From NCBI GenBank assembly GCA_031400935.1, contig JANNQV010000062.1, forward strand, positions 62,001-98,862: a stretch of 36,862 bases of DNA. Direction: 5' to 3'. Shown here piece by piece: positions 1 through 9,077 of the stretch (positions are counted from its first letter, which is position 1; the number at the start of each line of letters is the position of its first letter). Origin of the DNA: Armatimonadota bacterium (GTDB lineage: Bacteria; Armatimonadota; Fimbriimonadia; Fimbriimonadales; Fimbriimonadaceae). The notes below the pieces were generated by a model. It did not search any database and had not been told where the DNA came from. It worked only from the letters and a program-made list of their open reading frames with translations. Both the position numbers and the translations under genes were made by a program.

Positions 1-118
1 GACATCTGAGTTGCTTGCTTCGTTAGTCTGAAATTGCGAAGAGATTTGGGATTCGATTGGTTCGAGGGTGCATTCCCGGAACCAAAAATTAGGTATTCAC
101 AATTGGATACACTGATGC

Positions 119-895
119 ATGCCCCAATTTGATCTGAAATTCGAAGCTAACGACGGAACTGTGCTTAGCTTCGACTTGTTTCCGTTGGCTGGCATGGCTC
201 CCGCACCGGTCGTTGTTTGCATCCATGGCGGCGGATGGATTTCTGGCGAACCTTCGATGATGCATGAGGTAGCCGAATCCCTAAACCGCATGGGATTCTC
301 GGCAGTTTGCCCGCAGTACCGGCTCGCTCCCCTTCACACTTATCCGACGCCAATTGAAGACATTCAGGCCTGCATCAGGCACCTCCGAGCAAATTCGAAC
401 GAGTTGCAAATTGATTCTGGTGCTATCGGTGTTTTAGGTAATAGCGCGGGCGGATATTTGGCTGCCATGTGCGGCCTTCAAGATTCGCCAATTAGGGGCA
501 TTTCTAGCCGAGCAAATTGTGTTGTAGACATTTCCGGCATTACCGATCTATCTGAACCTGATGACAGCCATTTTCCTATCAGCATGAGCTTTTTGGAGCA
601 ATTCATGGGTTGTTCTCATGTAGGAAACGAAGAAAAATGGACGGAGGCAAGCCCTATTTCTCATACTGATTCAGCAATAGTGCCATTTCTGATCATCCAT
701 GGCGAGTCAGACGAGATCGTTCCAATAGCACAGTCACAGGCCCTCGCCGGCAAGCTCTTTGGGGCAGGTGCAGACATCGAATTCCATTCGCTTCCCGGCG
801 AAGGACACAGTTTTAGCTATCCAGGCTGGTTGAAAGTAGAAAGCCTTTTTGAGGAATTTTTGAGGAAGTCACTTCGTCATGAACACGTCGCATAA
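119..895 (+). CDS. alpha/beta hydrolase (HSL/BD-FAE-like esterase/lipase)
   Basis: HGGGW oxyanion motif, YRLAP, GNSAGG nucleophile elbow, HGESD (Asp) and GEGH (His) of the catalytic triad. Confidence 0.9.
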   Translation: MPQFDLKFEANDGTVLSFDLFPLAGMAPAPVVVCIHGGGWISGEPSMMHEVAESLNRMGFSAVCPQYRLAPLHTYPTPIEDIQACIRHLRANSNELQIDSGAIGVLGNSAGGYLAAMCGLQDSPIRGISSRANCVVDISGITDLSEPDDSHFPISMSFLEQFMGCSHVGNEEKWTEASPISHTDSAIVPFLIIHGESDEIVPIAQSQALAGKLFGAGADIEFHSLPGEGHSFSYPGWLKVESLFEEFLRKSLRHEHVA

Positions 896-1952
896 CATTC
901 CTGAAAGTCAAAGTGGCATCGTAGATCTTCGTAGCGACACGGTGACCCGACCAACGGCAGAAATGTATGAGGCAATGATGTCTGCGCGTCTTGGCGACGA
1001 CGTTTTAGGCGACGATCCGACCGTATTAGAACTTGAAGCGGTTTCGGCTCAAATGACGGGCAAAGAAGCTGCACTGTTTGTTTCAAGCGGAACCATGGGA
1101 AACCAAGTCGCGCTGGCTTGCCATGTAAGTCGTGGCGACTCGATTCTCGTTGAAGAAGAAGCCCATATTCTCTACTATGAAGTTGGCGGACCGGCGATCA
1201 TTGCCGGAGCCGTTACAGCAACCCTTCCCTCGAAAATGGGCACCATGGACCCAAACCAGATCGAATCGCGAATCATGAAGCGGACCTTTCATACACCGGG
1301 TACGACATTGCTATGTGTTGAGAACACTCACAACCGGGCAGGCGGGACCATCATCGCTGACGCTGCAACAAACGAATACCGAAAGGTCGCCGACCGCCAT
1401 GGTCTGAAGATGCATCTTGATGGAGCAAGAATGTTTAATGCTTCGGTTGCTTTGGGTATCAGCGCAAAGGAACTTGTTCGCGACTTCGATTCCGTAAGTT
1501 TCTGCCTTTCGAAGGGGCTAGGTTCTCCTGTTGGCTCAGTATTATGCGGCTCTAACGAGTTTATCCAAAGTGCCTTGACTTGGAGAAAACGTTTAGGCGG
1601 CGGAATGAGGCAATCAGGCATTTTAGCGGCTTGTGGCCTTGTCAGCTTGCGTACCATGGTTGACCGTTTAGTCGACGATCACCGTCGTGCAAAGGAGATA
1701 GCGCATGGACTTGACAGTCTAGCCGGACTTGCCATTGACTGGGAGCGGGTTCAAACCAACATGATTCTGGTTCAAACTTCTGGCCTATCAGAACCCTGGC
1801 TAGTTTCTTTAAAGAAAAAGGGAATTTGGGCGTTAGCTCCAGCTCCCGACAGAATACGTCTTGTTTTGCACAAGGACGTTGACGACGTTGGCGTACAGCG
1901 TACTATCTCAGCGTTTCAAGAGATTTCTGCGGACTTTAGTACTGCAGTTTAG
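879..1952 (+). CDS. ltaE: low-specificity L-threonine aldolase (PLP-dependent)
   Basis: DLRSDTVT N-terminal motif, SGTMGNQ, ENTHN, HLDGAR, PLP lysine in CLSKGLG; overlaps the upstream gene by 17 bp. Confidence 0.92.
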   Translation: MNTSHNIPESQSGIVDLRSDTVTRPTAEMYEAMMSARLGDDVLGDDPTVLELEAVSAQMTGKEAALFVSSGTMGNQVALACHVSRGDSILVEEEAHILYYEVGGPAIIAGAVTATLPSKMGTMDPNQIESRIMKRTFHTPGTTLLCVENTHNRAGGTIIADAATNEYRKVADRHGLKMHLDGARMFNASVALGISAKELVRDFDSVSFCLSKGLGSPVGSVLCGSNEFIQSALTWRKRLGGGMRQSGILAACGLVSLRTMVDRLVDDHRRAKEIAHGLDSLAGLAIDWERVQTNMILVQTSGLSEPWLVSLKKKGIWALAPAPDRIRLVLHKDVDDVGVQRTISAFQEISADFSTAV

Positions 1953-2128
1953 GACGCAAACTCTTCGGTAGTTTCTAAACGGCCTTCCAATTCTTCAAGT
2001 CGCTTGTCCATTTTGCTTGTGAGCTTCTTGGGTGCTTCGCATTCATATTCTTCGAGAAACTTCCTGGCGGTCAAAATAGCAAATGCCCCTGCAAGAGCAC
2101 CAAATAGAAAAGCTGTCGAAGATCGCAT
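1949..2128 (-). CDS. small 59-aa membrane-anchored coiled-coil protein (YtxH-like architecture); not in ORF track
   Basis: Hand-translated MRSSTAFLFGALAGAFAILTARKFLEEYECEAPKKLTSKMDKRLEELEGRLETTEEFAS*; its stop overlaps the ltaE stop; GGTACAAC -10-like box upstream. Confidence 0.7.
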   Translation of the reverse strand: MRSSTAFLFGALAGAFAILTARKFLEEYECEAPKKLTSKMDKRLEELEGRLETTEEFAS

Positions 2129-2178
2129 GTAACCTAAGTTGTACCCAATTCATGATTCTAATGGCTCTGCCGATACAC

Positions 2179-2212
2179 AAAAAAGCTCCCATCGCGATCG
2201 AGGGGAGCTTTT
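2179..2212 (-). terminator. rho-independent terminator of the large surface-protein gene
   Basis: AAAAGCTCCC(2181-2190)/GGGAGCTTTT(2203-2212) stem; T-run on the minus strand; begins 10 bp after the stop at 2222. Confidence 0.8.
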
Positions 2213-2221
2213 GAGTTTGGA

Positions 2222-5200
2222 CTATCGAGTAACGGTGAGAGTGGTGGTTACCACCTGAGCGTTATAAGCAGCTGTCACGTTAGTAGACAGCGTCCTTGAA
2301 ACTCGCCGCGTTGTCACGATAACCGTTCGTTGAGTCTGGCCAGCCGTAATCGTAACTGGAGAAGGAATAGTAGCAATGGACGGGTTCGAGCTAGTGATCA
2401 CCACTGAAACTCCGGGAGGAGCCGCAGCATCTAGCGTGATCGTCATTGCCGTTGTTTGACCACCTCGAACCCTTGGTGGATTGAACGAGATACTGATCAA
2501 GTTAGCTGCAATGATTTGCAGATCTGCCGTGTCCGAAAGAGCATTGGCAGTTGCAGTTATCGTTGCGGTGGTTGATAGCGGCACAGCAAGAGTTGTGATC
2601 GGGAATGTTGCGGAAGAATTACCTTGCAACACCGTAACACTTGCACTCACGATTGCAGCGACGTTGTTGCTCGAAAGAGCAACCGTTACGCCACCTGCCG
2701 GTGCAGTCCCTGTCAGCGAGACTGAGCCAGTACTTGCTACGCCGCCCGGAACAGTACTCGGATTGACAGTCAGGTTACTTACTCCTGCAGCCAATACATC
2801 AAGGTTAGCTGAAGCATTTGAGGTCAGATACGATGCCGTAATGAGCACTGAAATGTTTGCTGTAACCGGAACCGTTGTAATGCTGAACGTGGCCGAATTG
2901 CCAAGCGCAGGAATTATAATTGAAGTAGGAACAGTAACATTTACGTTGCCGCTTGACAAGTTGATTGTCGCGCCACCAGCTGGTGCGATTTCTGTTAGCG
3001 TAACAGTTCCTAACGAACCTTGTCCACCCGTTACTGAAATCGGGTTAACAGTGACTGCAAATGTTATTGGATTCACAGTTAGGTTTGAATTAAGCGTTGC
3101 AGGTCCGCGAGTAGCCGTAATCGTTACTATGGTTTGTACGACAACTATCGTCGTATCAACCTGGAACGAAGCGTTTGTTGAACCCGATGGAATCTGCACA
3201 CTGACCGGCACGGAAGCTATGCCAGGATTGTTTGACGAGATTGGGACGTTCACGCCACCAGTTGCAGCAGGAGCATCAAGACCAACTGTGCCAGTAGTCG
3301 AGTTGCCCCCCTGAATTACATCTGGAGAGAGAGTGAGCGAAATCAAATTCGCCCGAAGGACATCAACCACAGCTGCCCGCGTATCACCGGCGTACTGAGC
3401 CGTGATGTTCACCGAAGTGTTGGCGGCAACAAAGAGCGTGGTTGCAGGGAACTGGATCGAACTTGTCTGTGGAAGAATTACAACCGTTGCTGGAACTGTG
3501 ACTGCAGGGTTATCTGCCAATAACGCCACCGTGACTCCGATACCATTCGGAGCACCGCCATCAAGCTGGACGATTCCGCTTATGCTTGTTCCACCTGATA
3601 CAACAGTTGGAATAAAGGATAGAGAATAGAGTCGAGCAGGAACGACGGTCAATGTGACAGTTCGTGTCAAGCCAAGATAGGTTGCACTGATGTCCACAGT
3701 TTGAGGATTCGCAACGCCAGTCGTGGTTACGTCAAACGTTGCCGTGTTCAAACCAGCAGGAACTGTAACGATTGCAGGAACTGAAGCAACAGCAGGTACC
3801 GTCGAAGCCATATTAACGTTTACGCCACCGTTTGGTGCGTTTCGATAAATGGTGATTCGGCCGCCAACTGGGTTGCCGCCAGTAACTGTATCGTTCGAAA
3901 GTGTAAGTGCCGTCAGCCACGGAGAAACTGTGATGTTCGCACTCTTTGAATCGCCTTCAACAGTAGCAGTGATCGCAACAACAGCCGTAGTTGTAAGGCT
4001 AAGAACCGTTGCAATATTGAACGTTCCGTTAGTTGCTCCGGCTGGAATCAAGAAGGAAGAGTTTGTTGTCACGACCGAGTTGTTGTTATTCGTCAATGTA
4101 ACAGTAGCGCCACCAGTACTTGCTGGTGCCGATAAGTTAACGGTGCCAACTGAAGGATCACCGCCAGCGACCGCATTCGGGTTAATAACCAACGAAGTGA
4201 TTGTCAATGGAATTCGAGTTTTTACTTTAACCAAATAGCCTTCATGCAATGAAGGTGGAGCCAATGTGTCTGGTGGGAAAGCCACCTTGAATGCACCAGG
4301 AGTTGTTGGCCAAGGAATCGTTTGTTCAGCAGATGAACGTGTGAAACCTACGAGGTAGGCGTTTCGTGCCCCATCAAGACCAATTCCTATTCCTTGATCA
4401 AACATCGAGCCGCCAAAATAGCTACAGTACTGCTGTTCCGTAGCGCTCGGGCTAAATACTTGCAAGAATGCGTCGCTTCCAGGAGGAAGCGCCGAAGCAG
4501 GGCCATTAAAGGTTAGATCGTCGCCGTTGGGAGTAACAGGAAGACTTTGGGGAGTAAGCGTGGTTTGGAACACAGTTCCAGTAATGTGCGCAAAGCCAAG
4601 ATCGTCAACGGCAATTGCTGTTGGCGAGGCACCACCTAAGAATCCACAAAAAGTCGAATAGATAAGGCCAGTGCCTAATCGGTTCATTTTCGTGCAATAG
4701 CTGTCTTGCCCCAAATTGTAAGTTGTATCAAAAACGCCAAACGTCTTAGGGTGGTTGAACGAGAACGTAACGCCAGTTATATATACGTTGTTAGTGCTGT
4801 CTAAAGCAATGCCACGGGGTGTATCGAAGTCGTTGCCGCCAAGAAATGTACCGAATGACAAGCTCTGGCCATCTGGAGCGAATTTCAAGATCAACGCATC
4901 CTGGCCGTTACAGGTTGTATCGTAAGAACCAGCTAGTTTAGGAGCGTCATTCCATTGGGTGGAAATCAGAACATAAGGGCTTGCTTCGTCATCAACCGCT
5001 AGGTCAATTGCAACATCTTCGTCAACAATGAGAGGATTAAGCGAGTCTGTGCCTCCAAGATAAGTGGAGTACACCATCGCACCGCCATCTACACCGCCAC
5101 TGAACTTAGTTAAAAACGCATCCCCGGATCCCTTTAGTGCTCCTTGGAATGCGTTTGCCGTAGGAAAGTCGGTGGCAAATGTGTCGCCAACAACGTAAAT

Positions 5201-6478
5201 GTCTGTAAATTGATCAATGACGACAGCCGTCGCTTGATCGTCAAGAGTTCCGCCCCATCGGTGACCCAAAACCGAGCCTGTACCAGTGTCGTTCAAAACA
5301 ACTAGCCAAGCGTCAAATCCGCCACCGGGACCGATCGGAGCTGAAGGCCAATTTGCGGAATCCGAAATTCCAACTACGTACGCTTTACCAGCTGCGTCAA
5401 GAGCAATGCTTGTTGCGGTTTCATCGCCGTTTCCGCCGAGGATAGTGCTGTAAACGACATCGCTTCCATCATTCGCAAATTTCGAACAATAGCCGTCTAT
5501 TCCAACGACAAATTCGTTATATGCGCCGATTGAAGTTGGGTAGCTTGCCGAGTCTGTCTGACCGACTACATAAGCGTGAATTCCTGCGTCAACCTTTACA
5601 TCATTGCCAATATCAACGCCACCGACTCCACCATATAGAGTGCTATAAACGACAGGGTCAATAATTAGCTGTTTCGAATGATCGTATGCTCCGATTTCAA
5701 ATCGAACAGTTCCATCGGTGCCGACTTTGAAATTGGCAGGAATTGAAATTCTGCCATTTGTACCATTCTGATAAGCATAGAGCCCGCCCATGTTGACAGG
5801 ACCAATTGAAGTTTGCAATTTGAGGTCGGTACCGGTTGTTGAAGTAACGCCATCGGCACCATTGAATTTGATTTGAATTTGTTGTGGATTTGCACCAGGG
5901 TTTACGACAAGGTCATATCGTGGACGGTTTCCATCAACATAAGCCTTAACGTCTACGCCGGGATAGATACCGATAATTTTCGATTGATCGTAAACAGGAG
6001 CTGAAATTGCTTGCGTGCCACTTCGAAGATAATTCTGTTTCGTGTCTATAAGACCAGTGCCAACTGCCTTGGATTTTGAACTAGCACCAACGAAGTCCAT
6101 TGCAATGACATGCCCACGTTGTGCTGAACGCTTCATCTGTTTGACCTGTACTAGATCGTTCTCTGCAGGTAGGTCCCTTCGAACATAAGCATCAAACAGT
6201 ATGCCTGTATCTGTGACCCACGTATCCATTCCTGGAGAGCGGACAGCAAATCGGGCACGAGAGTCCCATTGACCCTTGTTTTCAATAAAATGTTCTTGAT
6301 TTCCGAGTCCAGAACTTAGAGCCGCTTTAGCTACAGCACTTTTGGGGCTCTTAGAACCCGAAACACCACGGCTGCCAATGGCGAGGGTTAATCCACCAAT
6401 TGCAACAATTCCAGCAAGCGCAGAGACGGACCAAGCCCAACGGCGCAGATTCGTTCGATTTCTGATGATCACAGACAT
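2222..6478 (-). CDS. large secreted/surface protein: N-terminal anchor, beta-sandwich domain, SBBP beta-propeller repeats, 7 C-terminal Ig-like repeats
   Basis: FIENKGQWD...IIDPVVYST signature, repeated YVVGxTxSxxFP / YSTYLGG SBBP motifs, seven ~95-aa xxLxxxPxxVxGGxxxxGTVxLxxxAPxGG repeats; ATG 6478 has a GAGG RBS, preferred over the track start at 6550. Confidence 0.85.
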   Translation of the reverse strand: MSVIIRNRTNLRRWAWSVSALAGIVAIGGLTLAIGSRGVSGSKSPKSAVAKAALSSGLGNQEHFIENKGQWDSRARFAVRSPGMDTWVTDTGILFDAYVRRDLPAENDLVQVKQMKRSAQRGHVIAMDFVGASSKSKAVGTGLIDTKQNYLRSGTQAISAPVYDQSKIIGIYPGVDVKAYVDGNRPRYDLVVNPGANPQQIQIKFNGADGVTSTTGTDLKLQTSIGPVNMGGLYAYQNGTNGRISIPANFKVGTDGTVRFEIGAYDHSKQLIIDPVVYSTLYGGVGGVDIGNDVKVDAGIHAYVVGQTDSASYPTSIGAYNEFVVGIDGYCSKFANDGSDVVYSTILGGNGDETATSIALDAAGKAYVVGISDSANWPSAPIGPGGGFDAWLVVLNDTGTGSVLGHRWGGTLDDQATAVVIDQFTDIYVVGDTFATDFPTANAFQGALKGSGDAFLTKFSGGVDGGAMVYSTYLGGTDSLNPLIVDEDVAIDLAVDDEASPYVLISTQWNDAPKLAGSYDTTCNGQDALILKFAPDGQSLSFGTFLGGNDFDTPRGIALDSTNNVYITGVTFSFNHPKTFGVFDTTYNLGQDSYCTKMNRLGTGLIYSTFCGFLGGASPTAIAVDDLGFAHITGTVFQTTLTPQSLPVTPNGDDLTFNGPASALPPGSDAFLQVFSPSATEQQYCSYFGGSMFDQGIGIGLDGARNAYLVGFTRSSAEQTIPWPTTPGAFKVAFPPDTLAPPSLHEGYLVKVKTRIPLTITSLVINPNAVAGGDPSVGTVNLSAPASTGGATVTLTNNNNSVVTTNSSFLIPAGATNGTFNIATVLSLTTTAVVAITATVEGDSKSANITVSPWLTALTLSNDTVTGGNPVGGRITIYRNAPNGGVNVNMASTVPAVASVPAIVTVPAGLNTATFDVTTTGVANPQTVDISATYLGLTRTVTLTVVPARLYSLSFIPTVVSGGTSISGIVQLDGGAPNGIGVTVALLADNPAVTVPATVVILPQTSSIQFPATTLFVAANTSVNITAQYAGDTRAAVVDVLRANLISLTLSPDVIQGGNSTTGTVGLDAPAATGGVNVPISSNNPGIASVPVSVQIPSGSTNASFQVDTTIVVVQTIVTITATRGPATLNSNLTVNPITFAVTVNPISVTGGQGSLGTVTLTEIAPAGGATINLSSGNVNVTVPTSIIIPALGNSATFSITTVPVTANISVLITASYLTSNASANLDVLAAGVSNLTVNPSTVPGGVASTGSVSLTGTAPAGGVTVALSSNNVAAIVSASVTVLQGNSSATFPITTLAVPLSTTATITATANALSDTADLQIIAANLISISFNPPRVRGGQTTAMTITLDAAAPPGVSVVITSSNPSIATIPSPVTITAGQTQRTVIVTTRRVSRTLSTNVTAAYNAQVVTTTLTVTR

Positions 6479-6683
6479 ATACCTCTTTATAACCTTAATA
6501 GCCAGAGGCGAGCCTCCAACCGTTCGGCTTAGTAATTCCCTTCGATTCACGCAACATCGCCGATTATTATCAGCTTTCTTATGTTAGCCTATTCTCAAAG
6601 CAATTGAAGTCATAAAATACATAGAAATGCAAAAAAACTCTGATCCTATGGCAAAATTGCATGTTTCGTTCCAAAAATGAGAC

Positions 6684-6788
6684 GGGATTCGGGTCAAGAG
6701 TGGTTCGGATTAGTTCAGATTAGTTTGGATTGATCTGCTCAGTTTTATCCAATCTGTTCTAACTCAGACCCAACAAACATCCCAACTA
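6684..6788. repeat. decamer tandem/inverted intergenic repeat element
   Basis: TGGTTCGGAT-TAGTTCAGAT-TAGTTTGGAT at 6701-6730, with inverted degenerate copies ATCCAATCTG (6747) and ATCCCAACTA (6779). Confidence 0.55.
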
Positions 6789-7565
6789 AGAACCCGAAAG
6801 CCACGGCAATGCAACTTGCGGATTAAACGTCCGGCTTTGCTTCGCGATGTTTTCTTCAATTCTCTTGATTCGCTTATCCATGTCTGGATGCGTGCTCAAA
6901 AATTCTGGCGGCTTTGAACCTTTTCGGCCTTCAATGAGAATCTTGAACGCATCTGCCATACCTTGCGGGTTGAAGCCAGCATTGACCATCGCATCAAAAC
7001 CGCGCTCGTCAGATTCAGATTCATGCTTCCGGGAAAATGGTAGCGTGAGCAGCAGGTCGTTTGAAATGCTTGCAATGTCTGTTGCCGTTCGGTTCGCCTT
7101 TAGAAGAATGAGAACGATAGTGATTCCCAAAGATCGTTTCATTCGGTCCGCATAAGATGATGCCCAATGCTCCTTGCGGATGTGAGTAATTTCGTGTGCA
7201 AGAACTCCGGCAATTTGATCTTCAGTCTGGAATTTGTCATACAAGGCCGAATGAAAAAATATTGGCCCTCCGGGAAGTGCAAATGCGTTTAGAGATTTGT
7301 TCGTAACGATGTCAAATGAAAATTCCCAAGGTTCATCTTTTGTCAGCGGGATGGCATCCAGCAGTCTTTTCGCAATTTCGCGGAGCTTCAAAACTTTTGG
7401 GTCTGTTTCAGAAACGATCTTTTCTTTCTTTCGAATATCGGTGGCGACTCTTTTGCCCAACGCAAGCTGATCCTTCTTGCTTGGCTTCAACGAATCAGCG
7501 TTTGCTGACATTGGAATCGAGAACAGTAGCCCAATGGTAAGAATTGATGTAGCAAGCCAACGCAT
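6786..7565 (-). CDS. M48 family zinc metallopeptidase (BepA/YfgC-like), exported
   Basis: NAFALPGG, HEITH zinc motif, SRxHExExD, FLSTHP; signal peptide starts at MRWLATSILTIG (ATG 7565); the track start at 7667 is probably too long. Confidence 0.88.
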   Translation of the reverse strand: MRWLATSILTIGLLFSIPMSANADSLKPSKKDQLALGKRVATDIRKKEKIVSETDPKVLKLREIAKRLLDAIPLTKDEPWEFSFDIVTNKSLNAFALPGGPIFFHSALYDKFQTEDQIAGVLAHEITHIRKEHWASSYADRMKRSLGITIVLILLKANRTATDIASISNDLLLTLPFSRKHESESDERGFDAMVNAGFNPQGMADAFKILIEGRKGSKPPEFLSTHPDMDKRIKRIEENIAKQSRTFNPQVALPWLSGS

Positions 7566-7779
7566 AGATTGTCTAACGATACCAGGGAAAAGATGTTTCA
7601 TATGGATTTTGGGTGGAGCAATACATTGAACTTGTGTGATGAGTCCAATTAGAGCTGAAGCATGCAAGAAATCAGAGTCAGATGACCCAACAAATCTGGA
7701 ATAAGCCTTTTAACAGGAACCGATCAAAAGAACTGGTCATCATAAAAAAATCACGAGAAGACCTAAGCTGTTAGCAGAT

Positions 7780-7877
7780 TCCTTCCGAGAATACTGGTGA
7801 AAACACCTGCTCATAGCCGAAGCCAAAGTGGAACGGTCTGAGTAACGGGGGAATAGCCCGAAAATCCTTTGGGAGGA
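7780..7877 (+). promoter_or_regulatory. candidate structured 5' UTR RNA (multi-stem junction enclosing the pilin RBS)
   Basis: P1 TCCTTCCGAG/TTTGGGAGGA covers the SD; three abutting internal hairpins found by manual folding. Confidence 0.4.
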
Positions 7878-7890
7878 TAACAAGTCTGAA

Positions 7891-8247
7891 ATGAAAAGAA
7901 CTAGAAAAACAAAAGGTTTTACCCTTGTCGAAATTATGATCGTCGTGCTGATCATTGGCATCTTGCTTGCCATTGCAGTCCCGAACTTCTTGAAAGCTCG
8001 AGAAACCAGCCGTACCAAGACCTGCGTTGCTAATATGCGACAGATCGAAGGTGCAAAAGAGCAATGGGCTATGGAGATGAATATGGGTGCAACTTCGACC
8101 CCAGTAGCCGGTGACCTTGCGCCAGCATATATCAAAGGCTCGTTGCCTGGTTGCCCAAGCGGTGCCGCAGCTTATGTCATCGCAAATATGAGCAACAACC
8201 CAACTTGTGGGAACGTTGCCACGAACCCTACTCACGTATTGCCATAG
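7891..8247 (+). CDS. type IV major pilin (prepilin with N-methylation signal)
   Basis: Basic leader KRTRKTKG|FTLVEIMIVVLIIGILLAIAVPNF; C-terminal cysteines; strong GGAGG RBS and its own terminator. Confidence 0.9.
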   Translation: MKRTRKTKGFTLVEIMIVVLIIGILLAIAVPNFLKARETSRTKTCVANMRQIEGAKEQWAMEMNMGATSTPVAGDLAPAYIKGSLPGCPSGAAAYVIANMSNNPTCGNVATNPTHVLP

Positions 8248-8273
8248 TCGTCACATTGTGACAGTTGCTTGAG

Positions 8274-8318
8274 AAACGACCAAGCCTCATTGTTATTCAA
8301 TGAGGCTTGGTCGTTTTT
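8274..8318 (+). terminator. rho-independent terminator after the major pilin
   Basis: 19-bp perfect stem AAACGACCAAGCCTCATTG/CAATGAGGCTTGGTCGTTT with a 5-nt loop and T-tail. Confidence 0.85.
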
Positions 8319-8597
8319 GACTATTGAAAGAACTTCTAGTCTCGTTGCATTGATCCTTGAGAACACACTTCTCTCGCCCTTGGTTCACATAGATACATAC
8401 ATAGCACACGAGGAACATTTGTTTTTAGTGCGAGTTACTTTGAAAAACCTTGCAATTCTTCCGTGTTCTCTCAGGAATTGGATACGGAATAGGATTGCTG
8501 TTGACCAGGCACATTTAAGCCTGGTTTCTCCAGTGTCTGTACTGTTTGGATGGCAACCAGCCGAAAATATTGTTTTGAACGAACGAATGGGGAACCA

Positions 8598-9059
8598 ATG
8601 AATCGAAGTCAACGATTGAAAAAGAAACTAGGCGGCACGCTTATCGAGGCACTTCTAGCAGTGTTCATTCTCGCAATGTCAGCGGTGATTCTCACGTCTG
8701 CCATGCCGATGGCGACGAAAAGCCGCATTAAGGCGGATAACATGAACAAGGCCGCCGGAATGGCTCAAAAAATGATTGAAGCCGTTCGTGGGTCTGGCTA
8801 TGCCAACGTGACCCCAACGCAACTCTATGGCCTAGGATTGATTGACAGCACGACGCCTACAAGTACAAATCGGTACACCACTACTAACACAGACACTGCT
8901 TCGTTGGACAATGTCGGCCGAATTTTGCCTGGTGGATATAGTCACATGAACATTGAACAGGTTGACATTGACTTGCGCCGAGTTACGATACATATTCACT
9001 GGGTTGAGCGAGGCGTGAACAAACGATACGTTTTAGGCACGTTGATAGCAAATCTATAG
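8598..9059 (+). CDS. PilV-like minor pilin
   Basis: KKKLG|GTLIEALLAVFIL prepilin-like site (E+5 kept, +1 is Gly); C-terminal LRRVTIHIHW strand typical of PilV/GspI-like proteins. Confidence 0.75.
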   Translation: MNRSQRLKKKLGGTLIEALLAVFILAMSAVILTSAMPMATKSRIKADNMNKAAGMAQKMIEAVRGSGYANVTPTQLYGLGLIDSTTPTSTNRYTTTNTDTASLDNVGRILPGGYSHMNIEQVDIDLRRVTIHIHWVERGVNKRYVLGTLIANL

Positions 9060-9077
9060 GAATTGAGAGAAGAAGAA

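Noticed and set aside
2481..4238. Plus-strand ORFs 2481-3314, 3402-3629 and 3849-4238
   Set aside because: These are antisense shadows of the Thr/Val-rich Ig repeats of the minus-strand surface protein.
8250..8262. Palindrome GTCACA-T-TGTGAC as an operator
   Set aside because: It lies between the pilin stop and its terminator, has no second copy in the window, and its spacing does not fit CRP/FNR sites.
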